Origin: Eledone cirrhosa
Taxonomy: Eukaryota
Assembly (NCBI GenBank): GCA_964016885.1
Contig: OZ024740.1
Coordinates: forward strand, 330,832,001-330,896,000
Direction: 5' to 3'
DNA: 64,000 bases
The notes under the pieces are model-generated. The model had not been told where the DNA came from and ran no database searches. It saw only the letters and a list, made by a program, of their open reading frames with translations. Below are positions 52,050 through 64,000 of the stretch, piece after piece (the stretch's first letter is position 1; each line of letters begins with the position of its first letter). Position numbers and translations under genes: made by a program.

Positions 52050-55000
52050 GTGATGGGACTGCGTGACGTCCGAGCAGGAGTGGGTGAGATTTAACAATTG
52101 TTACGTATCCTCCAAAATGTCCGGAAGAAGGCAGAACTTATTATTTGTAACTGGAATGTTATAGCTCATAAAACCAGTTAGGAGGATCTAGTGTAGGCCT
52201 GATAGTACCAGCTACATATTTCGATCGAGGATGGAATCTACCCTATTCAGATATACCCCCAGAAAGGACTGCACTAGCCTGGGTGTGATTACTCGCAAGG
52301 CCTATGCTGTCAGAATATGATATAGCTTGGATTATATTGTGGTGGTTGAAAGAAGAAACAGAGAGCTCAAATTCAGAGTCTTCCTTGATGATATAAGTGC
52401 AGCGTTCAAAATAGTTAAGACTGAGTCACCTATCCTAATGGGAGACTTCAAAGCACATGATGTCACTGACCACTTTTTATGGAAAGGATTGATTGGAAGA
52501 AGCGTCAATCACGATCTAAGTACGAATGGAGATGCCTTAGTGAATTTTATTTTTGTAATGGATACAAATGTTATAAAAGATATCGGGAAAAGAGATAAAT
52601 AATTGATTTTGGTAATGTATTTGATTTCTTCGATTCTGGGCTGGATGTCCATGTTAAGGGAGTGACTGAGCTGTTGAGTGTTCATCCTTTCTTTATCTGC
52701 AACCTAAGACTACCTATTTTCAAAAACATCTTGCAGGTCCAGCTCGACATACAGAATATAATTGTTTCTACTTTTAGCTCAAGGCCAGCAATTATTCCAG
52801 TGTATTACTGGTTCTTCATTTTATCGACCCCGTAGGGATGAAAGGCAAAGTTAACCTCGGCGGGATTTGAACTCAGATCATAAAGAGCGGTAACTCTTTG
52901 CTGCAAAGCATGGCGTTCGACCCTCTACCGATGTTGCCAACCCACCTGGGAAGCACTAATGGATAAGAAATCAGGAAACAGGTATGCGTTTAAAATTACT
53001 CCCAAATTCAGAGATCACAGAGAATTATATTCAGTAGCGTCTGATTTGGCAGTTAAATGCTGCGTTCAAAGCGGCTGGTGTGGCGCCAGATGGCAAGAGG
53101 ACCACTTGTTTGAATCAAGAGGTTAAATATATCTTTGAAGTAAAGTAGGAGGCATACAATAATCGATTTGGAAATATGACCTCCTTCTTTCACTTACTGT
53201 AAAAGCAGGTGCGAAAAGTCGCAGCAGAGACAGTAAATACGTTCAAAGAGGACTTGGGTTTATGCTGAATTCTGACTTGAAATAAACAAATATTGTTCAG
53301 GCAGACATCCACCGATGAACTGTGCAATTTTCGCCCTCGACACAGCAGAATTCTCTAATAATTCACACTGTAGCAGTTGTGGAGTTATTGTCAAGACGTG
53401 TATGCTTGTTTGGTGAACTTCGCAAAGACATACGAACCTGTTCAACGTGGCCTGTTTTGGGAGATTCTGTATAATTACAACATCGATGTAGAGCTTCTTG
53501 TTGCCATCGTATTCTGTTCGGATATAGGGTGCTAATTCGAAACAATTCAATGTAGTTGTCGGACTCCACCAAATGTGCTTACTTTAATCTCACTTCTCCA
53601 TCCCTCCCATCTAACTCTCAAACGACCCCGTCAAGTTCCTTACATTTCCATTAGAACTCTGTGGTAGAACTCTAATGCTAAAAACATCCATTTAAACATG
53701 TATGACTAACGAACTGCTGAAATAAAAGATCCATAGCGAAACGCGCTTATATGCCAGAGGGAAATGTTGATATTTTAATCTAATTCTATATAAATAAGAG
53801 AGATTTCTGTCAGGTCGCTCATATAGCAACAAATAACCTGCTGCATGGTAGAGTCATCGGCAAGTAAGCCAGCAGCCCCACCCAGCTCTCTTGATGAAGA
53901 GAGGGATTTGTGGACATTCTCTGTTATAAAAATCAATTCCTTTCAAAGGGCGGAGGAATTCAGGCTAAAGCAGAAGTGCTTCAGCACAATGCTGTTAAAA
54001 ACGATATAATGTCGTTTTATAAAAACGATATAATGTCGGGCCACAGAGAAGAAGCACCTCAGACTTATAGCTCTTTTCAACAAAACAACACCTTTGGAGA
54101 TATTTGATAGATTTGCTAATCACTTTGGCAGACTTCTTAATATCCCTGGCGGCGTGGACTATACCACTCTCGAGAAGGTTACAAAACAACCAACCATCCG
54201 GTTCGTAGATAACGAGCCTGATTTTAAGTAATTCAATGACGCAATCGACGACGAAATGAAGAAGGTAAATCGCAGGGTAGATGTGGCATACTCACTATAA
54301 TCTGGAAGCATCTAGGTGTAAAGCCTATATATATGTTGTGCACCAGATCTGAGAGAGATAAAACATTCCATGAGACGGGAAAGACACGGCCATTATGCGT
54401 ATCTTCAAAAAATGACTGTGGAACCTGCCTAGGAATGTTTTTTAACAGTAGTTGGTTGATTTTGGTCTATATTCTATTAAATAGATTGAGTAATTGTATC
54501 TGTACAAATGTCTTACCTAAAACACAATGTGACTTCCATGGTGATAGAAGCGTTGTGGACATGATCTTCTACCTGCGCCAACTCAGGAAAACTGCATTGA
54601 GCAGAAAATGCCTGTGTATGCAGTGTTCATTTACATGACAAAGACTTTAAGCACATTATCTTGTGATGGAATTTATGACGTTCTTAAGAAACATGATTCT
54701 TTTCAAAGTTCGTTAACTTGATCATGTCTCTACACGAATGAATGTTGGCAAATGTAGCACTATGTCCCAGGAAATCAAACGATTTTTGGAAACACATGGA
54801 GTTAAATAAGGATGTGTACTGGCCGCATCACTGTTCTTCCTTATCTCGAGCAGTGTTGTAAGTTGACTTCGATGGATTTGGAGATGGGATTCACACGGTG
54901 TTACACGAATCTACTCAATGTTGCATAGTTTAAAGCAAAGACACGCACTGGTAAATCCTAGAGAGGGAGATGTTGTTCGCTGATGATAGTGCGCTGGGTG

Positions 55001-55130
55001 CCCTTAGTGCTGACGATATGCATAATCAAATAGATAACTTTCCCAGACCTCCAACATCGATATCTGAAACCAGAATGAAAAACAACAGTATTAAACATAA
55101 AGGAGTAGTCTAGTGCAAAGCATTCAAATA
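52050..55130 (+). mobile_element. Highly decayed RTE-like LINE remnants (possibly two elements), interrupted by a SINE
   Basis: ILMGDFKAH (52327-52602), LPKTQCDFHGDRSVVDMIFYLRQL (54333-54638), ttgttcgctgatgat = LFADD (~54973). Confidence 0.65.
52758..52947 (-). mobile_element. tRNA-derived SINE
   Basis: A/B boxes, body and tail as in the other copies. Confidence 0.85.
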
Positions 55131-55197
55131 CCAAGGACACGCCTTTTCAGAAAATTCACAACTGGACATAGAAATCATATACGGAATAATCAGTCTA

Positions 55198-55690
55198 CTG
55201 TATACGAGCGATAAATGGCCGGCCATTTGTCGCTCGTATACAGGAGACTGGCTGGCCTGTCTGCTGATATGCAAATCTGGTTGATCAGTGGATCTGCTAA
55301 TATGCAAATCAGGCCGATCGGTCATTGTGTATTTTTGAAAATAGTATATATTTTTCTGACAGTTTGGCAGGTGAACTGTACTGATGAAGGGTGATACTCA
55401 AACACATTAGTGTCTGCACTTCTGTTCGCATGCCAACACAAGAGCAAGAATGAAGTGTTCATTCTACTGACATGGCTCTAAAACTGAAGCCTGTTTGCAA
55501 AATTGCAAACGAATTGAATGATATTATTAATATTCGAAATCCCGCCGAGGTTGACTTTGCCTTTCATCCTTACGGGGTCGATAAAATAAAGTACCAGTAA
55601 TGCACTGGCTAATTGCTGGCCTTGTGCCTAAAGTAGAATCAATTATTAATATTCGAAAAACTAAGATTACATTTATTGTATTCAGCGATT
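55198..55690 (+). mobile_element. H1 element copy with a 5' hairpin inversion and an internal SINE
   Basis: Palindrome tatacgagcgataaatggcc/ggccatttgtcgctcgtata; body matches 25000-25364; degenerate HHR at 55371-55429. Confidence 0.75.
55540..55641 (+). mobile_element. 5'-truncated SINE with 17-bp TSD attattaatattcgaaa
   Basis: Duplication at 55523-55539 and 55642-55658. Confidence 0.85.
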
Positions 55691-55699
55691 TAGATCGAA

Positions 55700-55749
<50 letters not shown>

Positions 55750-56067
55750 TCTCCTAGTTAATTTTACACCTAATTCTGTTTAATTGACTGTATCTGGGCG
55801 ATTACGCTGTCGAAATATTCGATAAATATTCCGTTGCGGCCAACGCGAAGGGCTAGTTTCGGTTATTTGTTGGAGATTTCTTCATAGAAGCCTTATTCTT
55901 ATAGCCTGGTCTATTCGATTTTTTATATAGTTAATTATGCTAATTGGGAGAGGAAATGGTATATATTTTATCTGGTGAGTCTAAAGACATGTTTTATGAT
56001 ATGTAGCTCTGATTATTTAATATATTAAATTTTCATTGAGCCACAAAGTGACCCGTTGCAAAACACG

Positions 56068-56106
<39 letters not shown>

Positions 56107-56305
56107 GTAGGTCCCAGGTTGAGTCGGGGATAACCACAGTAAGTAAGGTACTCAATACATGGCAGAGTAAACAATTTTTTATTGTATAGAAGGAGCTTCT
56201 ACAGGACTAGTACTGTTTCATTCAGATGAAATCTTTAGGAAGCTTCCTGAAGATTTCATCTGAATGAAACAGTACTAGTCCTGTAGAAGCTCCTACTATA
56301 CAATA
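56107..56305. mobile_element. Small HHR-bearing element (H6) nested in a (TA)n tract of H2; palindrome at 56180-56305
   Basis: Near-perfect ~62-bp arms centred on aggaagcttcct; (TA)n on both sides. Confidence 0.75.
56242..56290 (+). ncRNA. Type I hammerhead ribozyme (H6), intact core
   Basis: gcttc CTGAAGA t ttc atct gaa t GAAA cag tactagtc ct GTA gaagc; the minus-strand twin has CTAAAGA. Confidence 0.8.
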
Positions 56306-56530
56306 ATATATATATATATATATATGTAAACTTTTATATGTAATAATCTCCCATTAGGTTGAGATACAAATATGGCTGTATTGTGCTGTGCTTTCTAGCA
56401 AAAATGCCACCAGCCGTAAGCAACTACCACACCCCTTCCAACCTGACCGCTGCTACGTCACGATTCTTACCATTTTGAATGAATTCTTGGCGCGATCACT
56501 TTGGAAAATTTAGTCTCTGGATCAGAGCAA

Positions 56531-56606
56531 ATCTCCTGAAGAGTCCGATGCTCGAATTACATAATTGTTGGAAATCTCAAAATGCGGACGAAACCATGGT
56601 AGAGGT
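56531..56606 (+). ncRNA. Type I hammerhead ribozyme (H2), intact core, 47-nt stem II region
   Basis: atctc CTGAAGA gtcc..ggac GAAA c catg GTA gaggt; palindromic stem III ACCATGGT. Confidence 0.8.
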
Positions 56607-57013
56607 ATATAAACGTATTCTATTTTCTCCTTGTTTATTTTACACCTAATTCTGTTTAATTGACTGTATCTGGGCGATTACGCTGTCGAAATATTCCATA
56701 AATATTCCGTTGCGGCCAACGCGAAGGGCTAGTTTCGGTTATTTGTTGGAGATTTCCTCATAGAAACCTTATTCTCATAGCCTGGTCTATTCGATTTTTT
56801 ATATAGTTAATTATGGTAATTGGGAGAGGAAATGGTATATATTTTATCTGGTGATTCTATAGACATGTTTTATGATATATATATATATATATATATTTCA
56901 CCGTATTTTTGACTAGAGGAATTTTAGCCTGATAAAATGCCTTTAGTCAAAAATACGGTGAAAGGTGTTCTATTTTCTACTTTCAAACCTGCTCACTGTT
57001 TCAAAACATACTT

Positions 57014-57153
<140 letters not shown>

Positions 57154-57200
57154 AATGAATAATAACAGGTAGACATCATAAAAAGGTAGTTTATTCCGTG

Positions 57201-57312
57201 TGCTTACAAGTGTTTCCACGGTGGTACTGCAGCCTAGTTCCGCTACGTGCAAATTCACAAGTATATGCAGAACTCGAATATCCAATGCTGTGACCACTGT
57301 TTCCTCAGAGCA
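57201..57312 (-). ncRNA. Hammerhead (H7) in the downstream pLTR
   Basis: Copy of 60673-60784. Confidence 0.7.
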
Positions 57313-57810
57313 GAATGGTAAATATACAATGTAAAAACCCTTAAGTGGGGTTGTTGGGGAAGAGAGAGTGGAACAGGAAGAGAGAAAAGTGGGGAAGAAG
57401 GAGAGAGAAGGAAAGATATGCAGGGGTTGGAGAAGTAGGAGAGAGTGGCTTATAGATATCTTAATCAAAATGTTATGGTAGGGGTTTTAATAGTTACTTT
57501 TGGAGAGATGCGTAGATAGTTGAGGTCGGAATTATTTATTGCCCCAGAGATCAGGTTCATAGATGTTGAGAGGGAGGTAGGTCAAAGGTGAGAGAGAGAG
57601 AGTGTAATGGATGTAGAGAGAGATATATAGGTAGAGAGGGGACAGATAAAGTATATGTGGTGAGTGAACTTTTGGTTTTGTAGTAGTAATCTAGGAATTG
57701 TACTGAGTTACCATGTATAGTGATAAGCAGTGTATTGTCTTGTAGTGTGGGGGAGAAGAGAAGGTTGTTAGCTAGAAAGTGGTGTTGTAGTTACGGGTTC
57801 GAATGTTAAG

Positions 57811-59860
57811 TTATTTTATAGTGAGAGAATTTAGCTTTAGTTTGTGGTTGCAGTATAATGATCGTTCAATTCTATCGTTAAGTAGTTTGTTTTTGGATTT
57901 TAGTATGTAAAATAGCTCAAGGTTACATAACCTGCAGTACTTCAAACCACTCCGATATGCATTTGCGCTGGAAAGTATATCCCATTTTAAGGTGAACTGT
58001 TGGTTGTGTTCACGGAGTTGCCAGGTCTTGTTGGCGAGCGTGGTCACAAAACGGTGATTCTGATGTTTGATTGAGAATCGATGACGGTACCAGCGAGATT
58101 TAAACGATGTGGTGGTAGATCCGATATAATACCATTTCTGGTCGTCCGATTCAACCGTGCATTGGTAAACAATGTTGGACTTTAGGCATTCATTCTGCAA
58201 TGGACATCTTTCAGGTAGATGGCAGTTACATGCTTTGTTGTAGGTAGCGGGTATACCATGGATAGGTTGTGATAGCGGTACAGGTGGGTTGTGCAATACC
58301 CGTCTCCCATTTAGTGGTTGGGAGGCAGATATTGCGTTCTGCCCATCTGTTACTAAAATGCTTTGTTTTGTAGAGTTGTTTAATTGCCTTAAGTTAAGTT
58401 TTTTTATGTATGCTTCAAGGTTTGGTGCCGTGGAGTATGATAGTCTAATAGTTTTGGAGTTCAGAATTTTGCTGTACTTATGGGAACTAGGGAAGTGTTT
58501 ATTGATTAATTTAAAGAATGAAAGAGATAGTTTTGTACTAATCGAGGCATTAAAAATAGGATTATACCAGATATACTTTCTACAACGTGATTTATTTGGT
58601 GGTGATCTTCTATTATTAGTATGTCTGGTAGTATAGTGTGTGTGTGCTTGTGTTTTAGTCCCCCGGTTACGTATACCTTGATTACGTGTAGAGCTATGTG
58701 TGTTGTGGAAATTACTATCGATGTATTCTATTGTATCCCGGTGGTCAGCATTCCTTAATGCATTATTGTAGTATTCAGCATGTTCGCTAAAAATATCAGA
58801 GTTAGACGATAGGCGAGAGATTCTAAGAGAAATACTCCGGGGAACTGATTTGATCATGGAGAGTGGGTGGTTAGAGTTTAAGTCAATATACGTAAGGTTC
58901 TCATTTACCTTGTGGAAGGGTCGTATCTGTCCGGTATTTAAATTAAGAGTTACGTCCAGAAAGTTTACTACCTTAAGATTGTATTCGTATGTTATTTTTA
59001 GGCCCAGTTCACTAAAAGATTTTCTAATATTTTTCCGTAGCCTTTCAAGATTTTGGTTATTCAAGTTATTAACTAATAAGAGCCCGTCATCTCTATATAT
59101 CCCCCCCCCCCTGTAGATTACTAAATCTACTATGTAATATGTGGGCTATGTAAATTCCCACGAGATCCGTGACCTCCGCCGAGTCGTTGGAACCCATGGT
59201 AATATCGAAACTTGTGGGTCTGTCCTTACGTTCCCAGTAGCAGTTATCGAACTTAATAATGGTTTTTCTAGCCTCGAGAATAATATTAATTTCGTCCTCC
59301 GTTAGGTCGGAATTGGCCTTAGCAAACGATAGGGCCTTACGTAAAGTGCTTGGTGAGATGGAAGAGTAGTATTCGTCTATGTCAAATTGTATAAACTTAG
59401 ATTTATTCTTATTCTTAACATTATTAAACCAGCGAATTGCTTCGCTAGTGTTGCCCCATAATTTAATTTCAATTTTCTTTTTCACTTGAGTTATTACTCT
59501 GTCAAGTATATGTTTACTAATTTTCCCTATGTCTGATTTAGAAGGGCATATAAGTCTGATCTTAGGGTTAGAATCAAAATTTACCTTATGGTCCTTCAGG
59601 TTGAAGGTGGGGGTAGCGGGTATAATCGGCTCGGTTCTATCGTCTATCTTGAGATGCTTTACCACTTTGTATGCCTCGTTGTTAATATTTGCTAGCGTAG
59701 TTTCATTTTTTTTTCTATATTTTTTGTGTAGTTCGTTGCGTATGAAGTTATTATACGTATCGATATCCATGGTATACACGTTAGAAGTCTTGTCAGCTTT
59801 CACAACAATTCCATTGGTATTTTGCAATCTTCGGAGTAGTGCTTTCATGTTGTTCTGCAG
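57811..59860 (-). pseudogene. PLE RT-GIY-YIG polyprotein, N-truncated, with one frameshift at a C11 run (59101-59111)
   Basis: KADK, IRLICP, FDIDEYYSSI, MGSNDSAEV, IYRDDGLL across the frameshift, NFLDVTL, CNCHLPERCPLQNECL, NIVY..YIG, CRLCNLE. Confidence 0.9.
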
Positions 59861-59886
59861 CTCATAACAAGGTAGTTTATTCCGTG

Positions 59887-59998
59887 TGCTTACAAGTGTT
59901 TCCACGGTGGTACTGCAGCCTAGTTCCGCTACGTGCAAATTCACAAGTATTTGCAGAACTCGAATATCCAATGCAGTGACCACTGTTTCCTCAGAGCA
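59887..59998 (-). ncRNA. Hammerhead (H7) in the upstream pLTR
   Basis: Copy of 60673-60784. Confidence 0.7.
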
Positions 59999-60672
59999 GA
60001 ATGGTAAATATACAATGTAAAAACCCTTAAGTGGGGTTGTTGGGGAAGATAGAGTGGAACAGGAAGAGAGAAAAGTGGGGAAGAAGGAGAGAGAAGGAAA
60101 GATATGCAGGGGTTGGAGAAGTAGGAGAGAGTGGCTTATAGATATCTTAATCAAAATGTTATGGTAGGGGTTTTAATAGTTACTTTTGGAGAGATGCGTA
60201 GATAGTTGAGGTCGGAATTATTTATTGCCCCAGAGGTCAGGTTCATAGATGTTGAGAGGGAGGTAGGTCAAAGGTGAGAGAGAGAGTGTAATGGATGTAG
60301 AGAGAGATATATAGGTAGAGAGGGGACAGATAAAGTATATGTGGTGAGTGAACTTTTGGTTTTGTAGTAGTAATCTAGGAATTGTACTGAGTTACCATGT
60401 ATAGTGATAAGCAGTGTATTGTCTTGTAGTGTGGGGGAGAAGAGAAGGTTGTTAGCTAGAAAGTGGTGTTGTAGTTACGGGTTCGAATGTTAAGTTATTT
60501 TATAGTGAGAGAATTTAGCTTTTAGTTTGTGGTTGCAGTATAATGATCGTTCAATTCTATCGTTAAGTAGTTTCCTTCTCTCTCCTTCTTCCCCACTTTT
60601 CTCTCTTCCTGTTCCACTCTATCTTCCCTAACAACCCCACTTAAAGGTTTTTACATTGTATATTTACCATTC

Positions 60673-60784
60673 TGCTCTGAGGAAACAGTGGTCACAGCAT
60701 TGGATATTCGAGTTCTGCAAATACTTGTGAATTTGCACGTAGCGGAACTAGGCTGCAGTACCACCGTGGAAACACTTGTAAGCA
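60673..60784 (+). ncRNA. Type I hammerhead (H7) with 85-nt stem II region, in the inverted pLTR
   Basis: tgct CTGAGGA a acagtggt...accaccgt g GAAA c actt GTA agca; inner helices gttctgc/gcggaac and tgcaaat/atttgca. Confidence 0.72.
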
Positions 60785-60976
60785 CACGGAATAAACTACC
60801 TTTTTATGATGTCTACCTGTTATTATTCATTCTTTATATACACTCCGGAATACTGAAGGATCAGGAACTAAGTTTCTTGAACAATTCTTCCATAACTCGT
60901 AGAGTAACCTCTTACCGTACGTCAACCATATCCAGTGTAGTAATTAACCATCACTACATCTTGGATAATCCTATAC

Positions 60977-61033
<57 letters not shown>

Positions 61034-61319
61034 TATATTTGTGTATGCGTGTGTGTATGTGAAAATCTTTATGAAGACATTTATATTTGTATATAATACA
61101 TACTCTAAAACTGATATAATTCACCACATATATACCACGTTAGAATTAAAATAAAATAATGTTACCATCCTTCAGATCTATAACTGAACACACACTGCAT
61201 TGCCTAGCAATAAACAAACATTTACTGTCTAAAAAACAACAACTTACAACATTTGGATTCTGCTGCTATATTAAGTATAAATATTCTACATGTACATAAA
61301 GTTATAGATATAACTATTT

Positions 61320-61364
<45 letters not shown>

Positions 61365-61369
<5 letters not shown>

Positions 61370-61612
61370 ATACTTGGGGAGGGTCATATTTGTGTACTAA
61401 AATTGCCAGAATTAATAACAGAACACACTCACTGTTTGGTTGGTTTTCGCTTCTGTATCTTTTATATCGGTTATTTTAATTTATTCGGTCCTCAATGTTG
61501 CCATTGACTGACCAACGGTCAAAAATACAGATATAATATAGACACAAACACTTATATATAGTCAAACAAATTCTTTCGTTGCACATCTGCAACATCGTCA
61601 GTCGTGCTATTA
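61365..61612 (-). mobile_element. H3-family fragment with a hammerhead-like motif (61558-61610)
   Basis: atagcacga CTGACGA t gttgc agatgt gcaac GAAA gaattt gtttgactat; flanks match 38620-38867. Confidence 0.6.
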
Positions 61613-61750
61613 TGTTTCCTCCTGTTGTATTGTATGACTACGCCATCTTTATTTAATCCGGTTACTTATTTATTTATTTATTTATTTTTGTATTTTTCTC
61701 TGCGCATGCGTTTGCGTGTGTGTATAGTGTTTGATGTGTGTTCGTGGTTG

Positions 61751-61811
<61 letters not shown>

Positions 61812-61823
61812 ATATATATATAC

Positions 61824-61854
<31 letters not shown>

Positions 61855-63659
61855 AATACATATACAAATATATATTATATATAGAGTTATAAACTCAAAA
61901 TAGTTTTTACAATTAAATAGCTCAAAGAAGGGAATATTTCTGAGCCGTGTAATACAATAAATATATGAGAGGTGTGAACACTGATAGAAATATACATGTG
62001 TTCGCATTGCAAATGACTAAGTTAGCTAGGTTGAAAATTACTAATTTAAAATAATATGGTTTGCTGTCTCGATTTAAGATAAATCAATAAAAATAAAAAG
62101 AACAAACCTATATTGGCAATAGCCGTGATACCCGGACAGATTTTAAAATTTGTTGACAAATTTTAAAATTTGTTTCGCCACAATTAAGTGAAAGTTACTT
62201 TTCCTGTGCTCTTCGGCGGGTAACCGGAAATTAGCAAGTTTCACTTCAAAATATTTAAGAAGACTGAGATAAATGTGCTTTTGAACGCACATGCGTCACA
62301 GCGCCTAACACGTCACATACCCGTGCCGCTAAAAATAGCAGTCAGTTTTATGGTACTAACGTGAGGAGCCGAAAATATTATATATAGAGTTGTATACTTG
62401 TATCAGTGTTCATACCTATCATATATTCATTGTATATAAATATATATACATTTATATAGTCAATCGTTTACGACTACCACAAAAAAGACATTCAGTTAAA
62501 CATTTAATAAAATGAAAACAGAAGTATGTATTTTTGATTAGAATTAAGTATTTTTCTGTCTACCATTTTCCTAGATGAACTCTGAAGTACTACGAATAAT
62601 GGTGAATATAAAAGAAATGTGAAATATATTTAATCCATACACTCTTACTTCATATCCTCTAAACTAGCGAATATAAGACATGAAACAATAATCCTCCAAG
62701 AAAGAATCCTCAGAATTCCATCAATATTAATTTTAGAGTGCAAGTTAAATGAATACCGGCAAGCAAAAACCAAAACAAGAACAACAGCAAAAGGTTATAC
62801 CATATAATATATATATATATATATTAATCCAAGTAACATCAGAATCTATACAGAGTCACAACTAAATACATTCAAGCTGTAATACTAGGGGCAAAACCAA
62901 TATATTAAAAAAATTCATCTTACAGAAATATCAAATTATAGATAGTAAAACACAGGGAAGTTCATTTACATGTTATTGTGATTAACGTAATTAAATACTG
63001 TTAAGTTAGAGAATGCAGCTACTCAAACTGCGGTGTATTAGAAGGTGTCTCACATGAAAGACGGACCACATTTCAAAACTGAAAAAGAAAATCCCCAGCA
63101 AAAAAAAACTTGTTACACAACGTGTTACACAATTTACTATACATGTTATATAGTTTCCATGAAGACTACAATTTTCAAATAATTCTGACAACCCGAAAAT
63201 GTACGACATCATACCGTTAATAATTTAGGGCACTGTACGACAGAAAGATCCTCTGAGCCAACATATAAAATGTTGAGGAGGAAGAAAATTCGCAAACTTC
63301 AATGTGTTTTTGTTTATTCTATCAATGTAGGTATTTAACAACAGAACAATAAGACATATTTTATAACTATACACGAGAGAAAACTATACTTGTAGTAGTA
63401 ACGCGTGAAATATTTCGAACACAGATATATCGAAAGCAGATAAATATGAAACTTTAAAAAACAACTCACATCGTAGTACAAAACCTTCTTAGATAATTAT
63501 GACTTGTTCTGAAAACCTACATGTATTGAAAAAGACAAAACTATAATTTATTGTTTTACTTAATTATTTTCGTTGTCTATAGTTAATTAGCATGTATACA
63601 TAAAAATACACAGGCAGTAACATATTTTTATATATCTATCTATCTCTATATATTTATGC

Positions 63660-63788
<129 letters not shown>

Positions 63789-64000
63789 GTATATGATGGC
63801 TGCAAACTTTGCTAAGAGTATTGCAATCACTTGTCAGATTACAGAAAATGGTATACTTTCAGACACAGCCAGCCACACGAATCTGTAACATAACCTGAAT
63901 AATCCATGTCTGTACTGTGAAGGTTTTTAAGTGGAGAAAGGCATTGCACCCGACAAATCCAACTCTCTGACCATCGAAAACACTACCCGAAAAGGAAAAC

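Larger units (their letters stand above)
55752..56872 (+). mobile_element. H2-family partial tandem element with a nested insertion
   Basis: 55760-56000 is repeated at 56636-56875; homologous to 37330-38332. Confidence 0.75.

Noticed and set aside
57811-59064. Selenoprotein-type PLE (in-frame TGA at Cys positions)
   Set aside because: The conserved Cys positions are ordinary Cys codons in both PLE fragments; no in-frame TGA
59862-60154. N-terminal extension MIKISISH... of ORF 59093-60154, and ORFs 57001-57468 and 60688-61062
   Set aside because: Non-ATG read-through of the non-coding pLTR and hammerhead region

Overview
Repeat-dominated, AT- and microsatellite-rich animal genomic DNA; the tRNA-derived SINE resembles octopod cephalopod SINEs (inference from recall). 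I found no supportable host gene. Bases 1-22.9 kb form an array of non-LTR retrotransposons punctuated by (AAT)n tracts: three + strand RT/restriction-like-endonuclease (R4/Dong-type) elements of two families and two - strand Tx1-like APE-RT elements. An unexplained ~700-800 bp non-coding module lies upstream of both Dong families. Bases 22.9-64 kb hold SINEs, decayed RTE-like LINEs, a DINE/Helentron-like element, a MITE and two Penelope-like elements (PLEs; RT/GIY-YIG). This region also carries about nine sequence-distinct families of type I hammerhead ribozyme (HHR) motifs, mostly in tandem or inverted non-coding units next to (TA)n tracts. Several HHRs have unusually long, base-paired stem II insertions (about 45-100 nt). 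All structures and alignments were done by eye; no search or folding program was run.
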